Shown here piece after piece: positions 53,082 to 62,160 of a stretch of 64,000 bases of DNA (position 1 is the stretch's first letter; each line of letters starts with the position of its first letter). A program made the position numbers and the translations under genes. Source of the stretch: an uncultured delta proteobacterium (GTDB taxonomy: Bacteria; Myxococcota; Myxococcia; Myxococcales; Myxococcaceae); assembly GCA_963713045.1 (NCBI GenBank), contig CAVQKE010000004.1, positions 992,001 to 1,056,000 on the forward strand, in the 5' to 3' direction. The notes below the pieces were generated by a model. The model had not been told where the DNA came from, did not search any database, and saw nothing but the letters and a program-made list of their open reading frames with translations.

Positions 53082-54938
53082 TCAGACGACGACTTTATCG
53101 CCGTCGTAGAGGCTGTCCAGAGTGACTTGGTATTTGACGGTGCAGGCCTTCCGCTTCACTTTCAGCGTCGGGGTGAGTTCTCCCGTCTCCTGGCTGAAGT
53201 CATGGTCCATCAGGGCAAAGCGCTTCAGCTGGTTGTGGGGCGGCTCATGGGCATTGAAGTCGTCGAGGGTGGCCTGCACCGCCTTGATGACTTCGGGCCG
53301 CTTCGCTAGGTCGGCGTAGCTTTGCGCCGGCGGCGCACCGGCGGCTGCCAGCACGCGCTTGGCCGCCTCTTCATTGACGGTGATGAGTGCCGACAAGTAC
53401 TTCCGCTTGTCGCCATAGACCATCACCTGGCTGATGATGGGACGCGTCTTGAGCGAGTTTTCGAGGTTCTGCGGCGCGACATTCTTCCCGCCGGCGGTGA
53501 CGATGATGTCCTTCTTCCGGTCGGTGATGCGCACCGAGCCGTCGGCGTCAATCTCGCCAATGTCGCCCGAACGAAACCAGCCATCGGCGGAGATGGCCTC
53601 CTGGGTGGCCTCCGGGTTGCGGTAGTAACCCAGCATCACGTTGGGCCCGCGGATGAGGATTTCCCCATCCGAGGCAATCTTCACCTCACAGCCGGGCAGC
53701 GGCGGACCGACGGTGCCGATTTTGACCTTGCCATGTCGGTTGACAGTGGCGGCCGCCGACGTCTCCGTCAGCCCGTAGCCCTCCAGCACCTCAAAGCCGA
53801 GCAAGTCGAAGAAGTAGGCAATTTTACGCGATAGCGGCGCGCCGCCGGAGACGAAGAAGCGCATCCGTCCACCCAGCTTCGCGGCCAGCGCGGTGCGCAC
53901 CTTGGAGAACACCAGGCGGTTGGCCAGTGAAAAGGAGAACGAACTGTATTCGCGACCCTGCAGCCGGGCGTTGACGTACTCCTCGAAGAGGCGCATCGCC
54001 CAGCGGAAGAGGCGGCCCTTCAGCCCCGGCGCGGAGGAGCCGTTGGAGACCACGCCCTCGTACACCTTTTCAAAAATGCGCGGGACCGACGGTAGGACGG
54101 AGGGGGACGTCTCCACCAAGTCGGCCATCAGCTTGTCGGTGCCCCGGGAGAAAATCATCCGGAAGCCCATGCTGAGCCAGGCCGCCTTCACCACCTGGGC
54201 GAAGCTATGGGCCAGAGGCAAAAACAGCATCACCGAGTCTTCCGGCCCCATCAGCCCCACCTGCGCACAGGCACTGGCCTCGTAGGCCCAGTTGCCGTGC
54301 GTCAGCTGCACGCCCTTCGGATTCCCGGTGGTGCCGGAGGTGTAGATGAAGAGACAGCTGTCGGACATCTTGATGCTACCGATGCGCGTCTCGAAGCCGC
54401 GGGGGTCCGCTTTTTCGACACTGTCTCCCTTGGCCAGGAAGTCCCGGTAGGACATCTCGGAGGCTGCAGTGGGAGGCGCGTCGAAAAGCACCACGCCCTT
54501 CACCGCCGGAGCCCGGTGCAGGATGGAGCGCACTCGGCTGGCGCGACCGGACACGCGACCGTCGGCCAGGTCATCGTCGACGAAGAGAAGCACCGCGCCA
54601 GAGTGCTCGAGGATGTACTGCACCTCCTCCGGCGTGTTGGAGGCGTAAATGGGGATGGTGATGCCGCGGGTCGCGGAGACGGCCAAATCGACGATGCACC
54701 AGCGGAGCGAGGTGGCGGCGAAGACGGCCACCCGGTCTCCCGGCTTCAGGCCCTGCCCGACCAGGGCCGCGGAGAGGCGCCGCACTTCATCCCGAATGGC
54801 GCCCCAGGTGACATTCTTCCAAGCGCCGCCCTCGTACGACACCGCGCCCACCACGTCGGGCTGGGCGGCCCGCGCGATGAGAAGGGACACCAAATTCAAC
54901 TGCGCCGTCGCCGGCGCCATCTGCTGCTCCGCTCGCAC
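53082..54938 (-). CDS. fadD: Long-chain fatty acid--CoA ligase
   Basis: IYTSGTTGNPKG, LPLAH, EGYGLTE, SGDIG, DRKKDII, ELTPTLK. Confidence 0.92.
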   Translation of the reverse strand: MRAEQQMAPATAQLNLVSLLIARAAQPDVVGAVSYEGGAWKNVTWGAIRDEVRRLSAALVGQGLKPGDRVAVFAATSLRWCIVDLAVSATRGITIPIYASNTPEEVQYILEHSGAVLLFVDDDLADGRVSGRASRVRSILHRAPAVKGVVLFDAPPTAASEMSYRDFLAKGDSVEKADPRGFETRIGSIKMSDSCLFIYTSGTTGNPKGVQLTHGNWAYEASACAQVGLMGPEDSVMLFLPLAHSFAQVVKAAWLSMGFRMIFSRGTDKLMADLVETSPSVLPSVPRIFEKVYEGVVSNGSSAPGLKGRLFRWAMRLFEEYVNARLQGREYSSFSFSLANRLVFSKVRTALAAKLGGRMRFFVSGGAPLSRKIAYFFDLLGFEVLEGYGLTETSAAATVNRHGKVKIGTVGPPLPGCEVKIASDGEILIRGPNVMLGYYRNPEATQEAISADGWFRSGDIGEIDADGSVRITDRKKDIIVTAGGKNVAPQNLENSLKTRPIISQVMVYGDKRKYLSALITVNEEAAKRVLAAAGAPPAQSYADLAKRPEVIKAVQATLDDFNAHEPPHNQLKRFALMDHDFSQETGELTPTLKVKRKACTVKYQVTLDSLYDGDKVVV

Positions 54939-54940
54939 TG

Positions 54941-55714
54941 TCAGTGCTCCTTATCCATCTGCTGGGCGATTTTCCTCCCCAGCGCCTTGCAGCGTCGCTC
55001 CTCCGCGGGGTCATCCGGAAGGCTCGCCTTCTCCAGCCGCGCCAGTGTCTCCCGGGCGGCGGTGGGGTTTCCATCCTGCCACTGCGTTTCGGCCAGCCAG
55101 GCCATCGCCCGAAGCGCGTTGGGGTCGGCCGTCAGGGCGCGCTTCAGCCAGTCGGCCGACTTCCAGAGGTTCCGCTTGGGCCACGGCAACTCAAAGTAGT
55201 AGCGGCCCTTCACCGCCAGGGGGCCGGCATGGGCAAACTTCGGGTCGATGCTGATGGCCTTGTCCAGCCTTTCGTTAAACTTGGACTCGAGGCCCATGCC
55301 GAGGGCGTTGAGGATGCCGACCGCCTGGCTGTAGGAGCCGATGCCGGCGGCAGCGAAGTAATAGCCCTCCACAGCGCCTGGGTTCACCTTGGCCGCGCGG
55401 TCCCCATAGTCCCAGGTGGCCTGGCCGAGGGCCTTCTTCTTCTCGTTGTCCGACTCCCCGTCGCCAGCCCACAGACGGATGCGTGCCGCCCGCCACAGGT
55501 AGCCGAAGTCGTCGGGGTGCGCCTTGGCGCCGTCCTCCGTCAACTTCAGCAATTGTTCTTGCACGCCCATCTCATCCCGGTGCAGCCACAGGACGTCCAG
55601 TTGGGCGTAGCCGGAGACAGCGGCTGGCGCGGGGCCGGCGTCGATGCTGTCGGCCGAAGACGCAACCAGCGGAAACAGCAACAGGCACGGCAGACACACA
55701 AGGGCGCGGTGCAT
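54941..55714 (-). CDS. Secreted all-helical TPR protein
   Basis: Signal peptide; TPR-like helices; GRYYFELPWP motif; stop ends 2 nt before the fadD start. Confidence 0.7.
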   Translation of the reverse strand: MHRALVCLPCLLLFPLVASSADSIDAGPAPAAVSGYAQLDVLWLHRDEMGVQEQLLKLTEDGAKAHPDDFGYLWRAARIRLWAGDGESDNEKKKALGQATWDYGDRAAKVNPGAVEGYYFAAAGIGSYSQAVGILNALGMGLESKFNERLDKAISIDPKFAHAGPLAVKGRYYFELPWPKRNLWKSADWLKRALTADPNALRAMAWLAETQWQDGNPTAARETLARLEKASLPDDPAEERRCKALGRKIAQQMDKEH

Positions 55715-55806
55715 GCGCCGGCGTTTAGCATGGCCCAAGAAGGGCCACTACGCTCCAGGCACCCTAGGCCGGGTACAAGGCCCGCATCGCGCAGGGCGTC
55801 AAAGCC

Positions 55807-55833
55807 CCTGGAGGGGTATAGCAGCCCTCCAGG
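55807..55833 (-). terminator. Hairpin downstream of sigD
   Basis: 9-bp stem CCTGGAGGG/CCCTCCAGG with a weak U tract. Confidence 0.45.
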
Positions 55834-55842
55834 CCGGGGGCT

Positions 55843-56580
55843 TCATGCCGCGTCTGCGGTGAGGTCCTGCTGTTCCTCGTCCTGGTTGAAGGCGCTCAGG
55901 TAGCGGGCCAGGAAATGCTTGGTCTTCAGCTCGACTTGGCGCACCCGCTCCCGGGAGACGCCCCAGCGCTGCCCAAGCTCTTCCAGCGTCCGCGGCTTGT
56001 CCTGCGTCAGCCTCTCTTGGACGATGTCCCAGCCGAGGTCACCAATGCGCTTCTTCACCTTGGCCAGCGCCGCTTGGACTTCCTCGTCCTGTTCCTTGCC
56101 GATGAAGCTGTCCTGCGGCCCCGCGCTCGGCTCCTCAAGGCGTTCCAAGAAGGTGGTTTCCCCGTCCTCGTCGATGGTGACGTCCAAGCTGAAGTCCACC
56201 ATGCTGCCGCGCTCGGATTCGCCGCCGCGCACTTGGCTCCGGTTGTCCTTCAGGTACCGGGTGATGTACGCGCGAATCCACCACACCGCATAGGTGGCGA
56301 AGCGGACGTTCTTCTTCGGGTCGAAGTGTTCGATGGCCTTCATCAACCCGACGTTGCCTTCCTGGACCAGGTCGTCCAACCGGGCCCCGCGGTGGGCAAA
56401 CTTCTTCGCCACCGCCACCACGAAGGCGAGGTTGGACATGGCCAGCGTCTCCCGCGCCTGCTCGTCCCCCTTGCGGGCTCGCCGCGCGAGGGCATACTCC
56501 TGCTCTCGCGTCAGCTGTGGGCGACTGCCCATCTGCCGCAGGTAGGGCGCGATGTTTTCGCGGGGGAAGCTGCTCGCCAT
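55843..56580 (-). CDS. sigD: Sigma70-family factor, myxobacterial SigD
   Basis: DLVQEGNVGLMKAIEHFDP, FATYAVWWIR, TLEELGQRWGVSRERVRQVE; short region 3; matches M. xanthus SigD as I recall it. Confidence 0.85.
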   Translation of the reverse strand: MASSFPRENIAPYLRQMGSRPQLTREQEYALARRARKGDEQARETLAMSNLAFVVAVAKKFAHRGARLDDLVQEGNVGLMKAIEHFDPKKNVRFATYAVWWIRAYITRYLKDNRSQVRGGESERGSMVDFSLDVTIDEDGETTFLERLEEPSAGPQDSFIGKEQDEEVQAALAKVKKRIGDLGWDIVQERLTQDKPRTLEELGQRWGVSRERVRQVELKTKHFLARYLSAFNQDEEQQDLTADAA

Positions 56581-56748
56581 TCGGTCCGACCTCCTCGTCG
56601 GGATGATGTCCAGCGGGCCCTGGTGACCCACCTCGACAGCTACTGAGACGCGCGAGTGCCGATTGCGTTTCCACACATTCCGAGGGCTTGGGTGGCGGTC
56701 CCCTCATCGGGCCCATTCGCCGCGTTAATCCGGGCTAACCCGTTGAAG

Positions 56749-58149
56749 TCACTGAAGGGGAAAAATCTTCCCGGGATTCAACAGCCCGAGCGGGTCAAAC
56801 AGGGCTTTCAGCTGGCGCTGCAGCTGCAGCACGCCCGCTGACTGTTCCAACGGCAGCAGGTCCCGCTTGGCCAGCCCGACGCCGTGCTCGCCGGTGATGG
56901 TGCCGCCGACGGAGATGGCCAGCTCGGCCATTTGCCTGAGGGCGCGCTCCACCAGCGGCTTTTGCTGCTGACTGTTGAAGAGGATGTTGGCGTGCAGGTT
57001 GCCGTCGCCGGCGTGGCCATAGGTGGCGACGGTGAGGCCGAGCTCCTCGCCCATCGCCTTGAGGCGCTGGATGACGTCCGGGATGGCCGAGCGTGGCACC
57101 GCAATGTCCTCGGACAACTTGTGCTTTGCAAGCGAGCGGAGCGCGGTGCTGACACTCCGCCGGGCGGCCCACAGCGCCTCGCGCTGGGCGCCCCCTTGGG
57201 CCAGCAGCGTCTCGGTGGCGCCGTGGGCGGCCGCAATTTCACCGAGGTGGGCCAGCTCGGCGAAGACGGCGTCCTCCTGGTTCCCGTCCACCTCGGCCAG
57301 CACCGCCGCGCCGGTGCCGCTCGGAAAGCGAAAGCCCCGGCCGTCCACGGCGCGGATGGACACCTCGTCCAACAGCTCCAACGTGCGGGGGAGAATTCCC
57401 CCGGCCAGCACCGCGGTGACCGCCCGCGCTGCATGCAGCAAGTCCGGGAAGATGAGCAGCGCCGTTTGTACCACGCGCGGCAGCGGCAACAGCTGCAGCG
57501 TCATTTCGGTGGCCACCCCCAGCGTGCCTTCGCTTCCGACCAAAAGGCCGACCAAGTCATAGCCGGCCACCCCTTTGATGGTTTGCCGGCCCACCCGCAG
57601 GACGTCTCCTCCTGGCATCACCCATTGCAGTCCAAGCACGTAGTCTCGGGTGACGCCGTATTTGAGGGCCCGGGGGCCGCCGGCATTCTCGGCCACGTTT
57701 CCGCCCAGGGTGCACCACTCCCAGGAGTTGGGGTCCGGCGGGTAAAACAGGCCCACCTCCTCGGCGGCCTTCATGAAGTCCCCGGTGATGACGCCCGGTT
57801 CCACCACCGCCGTCAGGTCCTCCACCGACAGCCGTTTGATGGCCTTCATCCGCTCCAGACTTAAGACCACCCCCCCGTCCACCGGCATGGAGCCACCACT
57901 CTTTCCACTCCGGGCCCCGCAGGGCGTGACGGGCACCTGGTGCGCCTGGGTGGTGCGCAGCACCTGGCTGACCTGGGCCGTCGTCTCGGCCAGCACCACC
58001 AAGTCGGCGGCCGTCGTCCCGAGGTCCGACTCGTCGCGTCCATAGTCCGCCAGCGCTTGGGCATCGGTGCGCAGCTGGTCGGGCTTCAGCGCCTTGGCCA
58101 ACTCCCGGGTACAGGCCTCCAGCTGCGCGGCCGTCGGGCGACGACTCAT
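56749..58149 (-). CDS. glcD: FAD-linked oxidase, GlcD/D-2-hydroxyacid dehydrogenase family
   Basis: YPPDPNS, NAGGPRALKYG, GSEGTLG, GHAGDGNLH, GEHGVG. Confidence 0.85.
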   Translation of the reverse strand: MSRRPTAAQLEACTRELAKALKPDQLRTDAQALADYGRDESDLGTTAADLVVLAETTAQVSQVLRTTQAHQVPVTPCGARSGKSGGSMPVDGGVVLSLERMKAIKRLSVEDLTAVVEPGVITGDFMKAAEEVGLFYPPDPNSWEWCTLGGNVAENAGGPRALKYGVTRDYVLGLQWVMPGGDVLRVGRQTIKGVAGYDLVGLLVGSEGTLGVATEMTLQLLPLPRVVQTALLIFPDLLHAARAVTAVLAGGILPRTLELLDEVSIRAVDGRGFRFPSGTGAAVLAEVDGNQEDAVFAELAHLGEIAAAHGATETLLAQGGAQREALWAARRSVSTALRSLAKHKLSEDIAVPRSAIPDVIQRLKAMGEELGLTVATYGHAGDGNLHANILFNSQQQKPLVERALRQMAELAISVGGTITGEHGVGLAKRDLLPLEQSAGVLQLQRQLKALFDPLGLLNPGKIFPLQ

Positions 58150-58853
58150 CCAAACACCTCTATCAGGCTGCCGGTCATGGCCAACGGCGCCTCGGCGCAG
58201 AGGAAGCGCACCACCCGGGCCACCTCCTCCGCCGTCATCTTCGGCGGGAAGCCCGAGCCTCGCAGCATTTCGGTGTCCGTGCTGCCCGGAAGTACCGCCG
58301 CCACCAGCACCCCATGCTCCTTCACCTCCTCGGACAGCGCTTTGGTGAGGCCATTCAGCCCCCACTTGCTGGCGCAGTAGGCGGCCATGCCGGCCGTGCC
58401 CACCGTCGCGCTGACGGAGGAGACATTCACCAGGCGGCCCCAGCCGCGCTCCACCATGCCGGGGAGCAGTCGGCGCGCCAAGTAGAAGGGCCCGGAGAGG
58501 TTGACCGACAGCACCCTTTCGAAGTCCGCGTCGGCCATGGCCTGCAGCGGCCGCCGCAGGGCCACCCCAGCGTTGTTGACCAGGACGTCCACCGGCCCCA
58601 GCGCGCGCTGCACTTCGGCCAAGGCGACGTCCAGCGCCGCAGGACTGGCGACGTCCGCGGCGACGGCGTGCGCCCTCCGGCCTGAGGCCCGCAGCGCCTC
58701 GGCCACTGGCGCCGCACCTTCCAGGTGGGTGGACAGCACGGCCACCGCCGCCCCCTCCTCGGCCAGCGTCCGGGCGACGGCGCGGCCAATGCCTCGCGAG
58801 GCGCCGGTGACCAGCGCCACCCGCCCGGCCAGCCGCGCCGGCGGAGTCGTCAC
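58146..58853 (-). CDS. Classical short-chain dehydrogenase/reductase
   Basis: TGASRGIG, NNAG, YCASK; GTG start overlapping folE stop. Confidence 0.92.
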   Translation of the reverse strand: MTTPPARLAGRVALVTGASRGIGRAVARTLAEEGAAVAVLSTHLEGAAPVAEALRASGRRAHAVAADVASPAALDVALAEVQRALGPVDVLVNNAGVALRRPLQAMADADFERVLSVNLSGPFYLARRLLPGMVERGWGRLVNVSSVSATVGTAGMAAYCASKWGLNGLTKALSEEVKEHGVLVAAVLPGSTDTEMLRGSGFPPKMTAEEVARVVRFLCAEAPLAMTGSLIEVFG

Positions 58854-59452
58854 CGGGTGGCCCCGGCACCAGCGGCAATCCGCGTCCAAAACTCGCGCCG
58901 CAACGGACCGTCCTTGCGCAAACGACCGGTGTAGGCCTCGCAGTGGGTGACCGCGTCGGACTGCTCCTCGCCCCGCACGCGAAGGCAGGCCTGGTGGGCC
59001 TCCAGCACGCAGGCCGTGCCGGGGCTACCCAATTCAGTCGCCAGCGCCTGCGCCACGTTCCGGGCCAGGGTCTCCTGCAGCACCAGCCGGTGGGCCAGCG
59101 TGTCGAGCAGCGTGGCCAGCCTCCCGAAGCCCACCACCCGCCGCCCTGGCACGTAGGCCAAATGCGCCCGGCCCTCCACCGGCAACAGGTGGTGGGGACA
59201 CATGGAATGGAAGCGCAGGCCCGTCACCACCACCAGCTCACCTCGCGAGCCGGGGGGCGCGGGGTAGGTTTCGGCCAGGGCCTCGGAGGCGGTCCGGCTG
59301 TAGCCGTCAAGGAAGCCCGAGGCCCAGGCCGCAGCGACGCGCGCCGGTGTCTCGGTCAACTCCGGGGAGTGGACGTCCAACCCGGCGGCCGACAGGAAGT
59401 CCGCCACCGCGCGCTCCATCGCCTGCACATCCGGAGGCCGCCTCTTCTTCAA
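58850..59452 (-). CDS. folE: GTP cyclohydrolase I family protein (divergent)
   Basis: ETPARVA, SMCPHHLLP, LQE, ACLRVRG; TTG start overlapping queD stop. Confidence 0.85.
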   Translation of the reverse strand: MKKRRPPDVQAMERAVADFLSAAGLDVHSPELTETPARVAAAWASGFLDGYSRTASEALAETYPAPPGSRGELVVVTGLRFHSMCPHHLLPVEGRAHLAYVPGRRVVGFGRLATLLDTLAHRLVLQETLARNVAQALATELGSPGTACVLEAHQACLRVRGEEQSDAVTHCEAYTGRLRKDGPLRREFWTRIAAGAGATR

Positions 59453-59802
59453 TCGGGCCGGTAGCTGACGCAGTACTCGGGCGTTTCCCACAGGCGAAGT
59501 TCCTTGAGCTCGGGAATGGCCGGCGCCAGCCGGTCCCACATCCAGACAATCACGTTTTCCGCGGTGGGGTTGTCCATGAAGTCGTTGAGGGTGTGGTGGT
59601 CACACTGGTTGAGCGCGAGCTCCCAGGTCCGCTTGCGCAGCACCTCGAAATCCAAAATCATCCCGTCCTGCGGGTTGGGGACGCCGGTGGCGACGACTTG
59701 CAACCGGTAGTTGTGCCCATGCATCCGGTTGCAGGGGCCGTCGTAGTACGGCAGCCGGTGCGCGGCACAGAAGTGAAAGTCCACCGAGAGTTCCATCGGC
59801 AT
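59449..59802 (-). CDS. queD: 6-carboxytetrahydropterin / 6-pyruvoyltetrahydropterin synthase
   Basis: FCAAHRL, CNRMHGHNY, DHHTLN, PTAEN, WETP. Confidence 0.9.
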   Translation of the reverse strand: MPMELSVDFHFCAAHRLPYYDGPCNRMHGHNYRLQVVATGVPNPQDGMILDFEVLRKRTWELALNQCDHHTLNDFMDNPTAENVIVWMWDRLAPAIPELKELRLWETPEYCVSYRPD

Positions 59803-59885
59803 CGTCGCGTCGTCCTGTCCTTCAGCTGCAGGGGCCGGCGAAAGCCGGGGAGCCCTCCTAACTGTACCGCGCGACGGCCGCAACC

Positions 59886-59917
59886 ACCCGGGGGCCGGCG
59901 GCCGCCGGCCCCCGGGT
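59886..59917. repeat. Perfect 32-bp palindrome
   Basis: ACCCGGGGGCCGGCGG|CCGCCGGCCCCCGGGT; the halves are exact reverse complements. Confidence 0.95.
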
Positions 59918-59939
59918 TGCCCCCGTTGCTGAAGGCTCT

Positions 59940-60488
59940 TCAACGGACGGCGGCACTGATGCGCTTGAATTCGGCCGTCCCGGCCTCACCCAACAAGTCG
60001 AAGAGGGCCGCCTCCACCGTGGCCACCATTGCCCCGGTGTCGGAGGCCAGCTGCAGCCCCACCCGGTGGTCCACCGCGAAGCGAGACAGCACAGCGTCCG
60101 CGCACAGCACGGCCAGCGTGCCCTCCTCGGCCAGCGCACGCACCGTCTGGTAGACGCAAACGTGCGTCTCCATGCCCGCCACCAGCACCTGCCGCCGGCC
60201 GCGCAGCTGAGCCCGGACCCGCTCATCGACGGCGCTGAAGCGAAGCTTCTCCACCGGCAACTGGGCTCCCAGCCTTTCCTTGAGGGCAGCGACGGTGGGC
60301 CCCAGTCCCTTGGGGTACTGCTCGGTATAGACGACGGGCAGCCCCAACACCCGGGCGCCTTCCACCAGCGCGCAGGCGCGCTTCAGCATGCGCTCCAGTT
60401 CCGCCGGCTGCATCGCGGCGGCCAGCTTTTCCTGGACGTCGACCACCAGCAGGGCGGCGTTCTCGCGCTGCAGACGAAAGCCCTTCAC
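59940..60488 (-). CDS. Isochorismatase-family cysteine hydrolase (YcaC/ISOC-like)
   Basis: VVDVQEKL, EQYPKGLG, EKLRFSA, GMETHVCV. Confidence 0.9.
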   Translation of the reverse strand: MKGFRLQRENAALLVVDVQEKLAAAMQPAELERMLKRACALVEGARVLGLPVVYTEQYPKGLGPTVAALKERLGAQLPVEKLRFSAVDERVRAQLRGRRQVLVAGMETHVCVYQTVRALAEEGTLAVLCADAVLSRFAVDHRVGLQLASDTGAMVATVEAALFDLLGEAGTAEFKRISAAVR

Positions 60489-62137
60489 ACCGCGTACCCC
60501 ATGGCGCCCGCCTTTACCGGGGCCTCCGGGTCGAGCATGACGTTGACGCAGGCCACCGTCCCGCTGGACAGGGCGCGTTCCAGCGCCGGACGGATGGAGC
60601 GCGGCTCCGTCACCAGTTCCCCATGCCCGCCAAGCGCCCGCACCACCTCGTCGTAGCGGGTGGGCGCAAGCAGCGTGGCGGGGGACTTGTCCGGGCCAAA
60701 CATCGCCAGCTGCGGAATGCGAATTTGCCCCCAGGCGGCGTCGTTGCCCACCACGCACACCATCGGCAACTTGAAGCGCAGCGCGGTGTCGAAGTCCATG
60801 CCGTTGAGGCCGAAGGAGCCGTCCCCCTGAATAATCCACACCTGTCGGTCCGGGTGCAGCAGCTTGCTGGCGATGGCAAAGGGGGCGCCCACCCCGAGGC
60901 AGCCCAACGGGCCAGGGTCAAGCCAGCGTCCGGGATGCTTGAGGGTGATGACTTTGGCCGCCATCGCCACCCAGTTGCCGCCGTCGGCGATGAAGACCGG
61001 GTCGCGCGCCCCGGCATTGGCCACCTGGGAAAGCTCCCGCGCCAGCCGGTAGTGGTGAATGGGGACTTCGTCACTCTTGCACCAGACTTCCAGGGCCTGG
61101 GCCTTCCTGTCCTCGCTGGCCCGGAGCTCCGTCAGGTAGGCGGTGCGCTTGGCGTGCGGAGCGTCCGCGGCGAAGGCGGCCAGCGCTGAGGCGCTGTCGG
61201 CAATGAGGCCGACCTCCACCGCGCGGTTCCGGCCAATCTCCACCGGGTCGACATCCACCTGCACAATTTTGGAAGTCGCGCTGAAGGTGGGCTCGGCACC
61301 GTAGTTGAGTCGGAAGTCGAAGGGCGTCCCCACCACGAAGACGAGGTCCGAGGTGCTCAGCGCCTCCTTGCGGGTGTGCTGGAAAAAGAGGGGGTGGTCC
61401 GGCGGCAGACAGCCTCGCCCAGCGCCGTTGAGGTACACCGGCATCTGCGTGCGTTCGCAGAAGCGGGCCAGCTCCTCCCAGGCGCTGTCCCACCAGACGC
61501 TGGAGCCGGCGATGCAGGTGGGCCGCTCGGCGGAGGCGAGGAGGGCCATGGCCTGCTCCACGCCGGCCGGGTCGGGGGGCATCCGTGCCGACGTCCGGTA
61601 GTGGGTGGGCATCTGCAGCGTCGCCTCATCCACGGCGTTGCACAGCACGTCCCAGGCCAACTCAAGAAACACCGGCCCTGGGCGCCCGGAAAGGGCGACA
61701 CGGAAAGCCTTGGCCAAATACAGCGGCACCAACTCCGGCGTGGGGACGCGGTCGGACCACTTGGCAATCCGGTGGAAGAGGTCGACCTGCTCCATCTCCT
61801 GAAGGCTGCCGCGGCTCTGGTTGAAGAGGGGCGCCGCACCCCCCAACAGCAGCAGCGGCGAGCTGGCGGCATAGGCGTTGGCCACGCCGGTCAGTGCGTC
61901 GGTCACGCCGGGGCCCGCCGTCACCACCGCCACCCCCAGGCCACGCGTGCTGCGGGCGTAGGCGTCGGCGGCATGCGCCGCCGCCTGCTCGTGGCGGGTG
62001 TCCACCACCGCAATGCCCTCTTCCACCAGCCCGGCGTAAATCGGCGCCACGTGCAGCCCGGACAGGGTGAAGACGTGGCGAATGCCTTCCTGCTTCAGCA
62101 TCCGTGCAACCAGTTGTCCGCCGGTGAGCATCGCCAT
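60485..62137 (-). CDS. ThDP-dependent enzyme (acetolactate synthase-like / 2-hydroxyacyl-CoA lyase-like)
   Basis: RHEQAAAHAADAYAR, TAGPG, GCLGVG, GDGSFG...GND; no ilvN regulatory subunit nearby. Confidence 0.9.
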   Translation of the reverse strand: MAMLTGGQLVARMLKQEGIRHVFTLSGLHVAPIYAGLVEEGIAVVDTRHEQAAAHAADAYARSTRGLGVAVVTAGPGVTDALTGVANAYAASSPLLLLGGAAPLFNQSRGSLQEMEQVDLFHRIAKWSDRVPTPELVPLYLAKAFRVALSGRPGPVFLELAWDVLCNAVDEATLQMPTHYRTSARMPPDPAGVEQAMALLASAERPTCIAGSSVWWDSAWEELARFCERTQMPVYLNGAGRGCLPPDHPLFFQHTRKEALSTSDLVFVVGTPFDFRLNYGAEPTFSATSKIVQVDVDPVEIGRNRAVEVGLIADSASALAAFAADAPHAKRTAYLTELRASEDRKAQALEVWCKSDEVPIHHYRLARELSQVANAGARDPVFIADGGNWVAMAAKVITLKHPGRWLDPGPLGCLGVGAPFAIASKLLHPDRQVWIIQGDGSFGLNGMDFDTALRFKLPMVCVVGNDAAWGQIRIPQLAMFGPDKSPATLLAPTRYDEVVRALGGHGELVTEPRSIRPALERALSSGTVACVNVMLDPEAPVKAGAMGYAV

Positions 62138-62160
62138 GGTGGCATGCTGTCCTAGCTCCG

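Noticed and set aside
56635..56662. CIRCE-like sequence upstream of sigD
   Set aside because: Only one half-site (TCGGCACTC) resembles the consensus; the second arm does not match
59803..59939. preQ1 riboswitch upstream of queD
   Set aside because: No A-rich tail or preQ1-I loop consensus; kept only as an unexplained structured spacer
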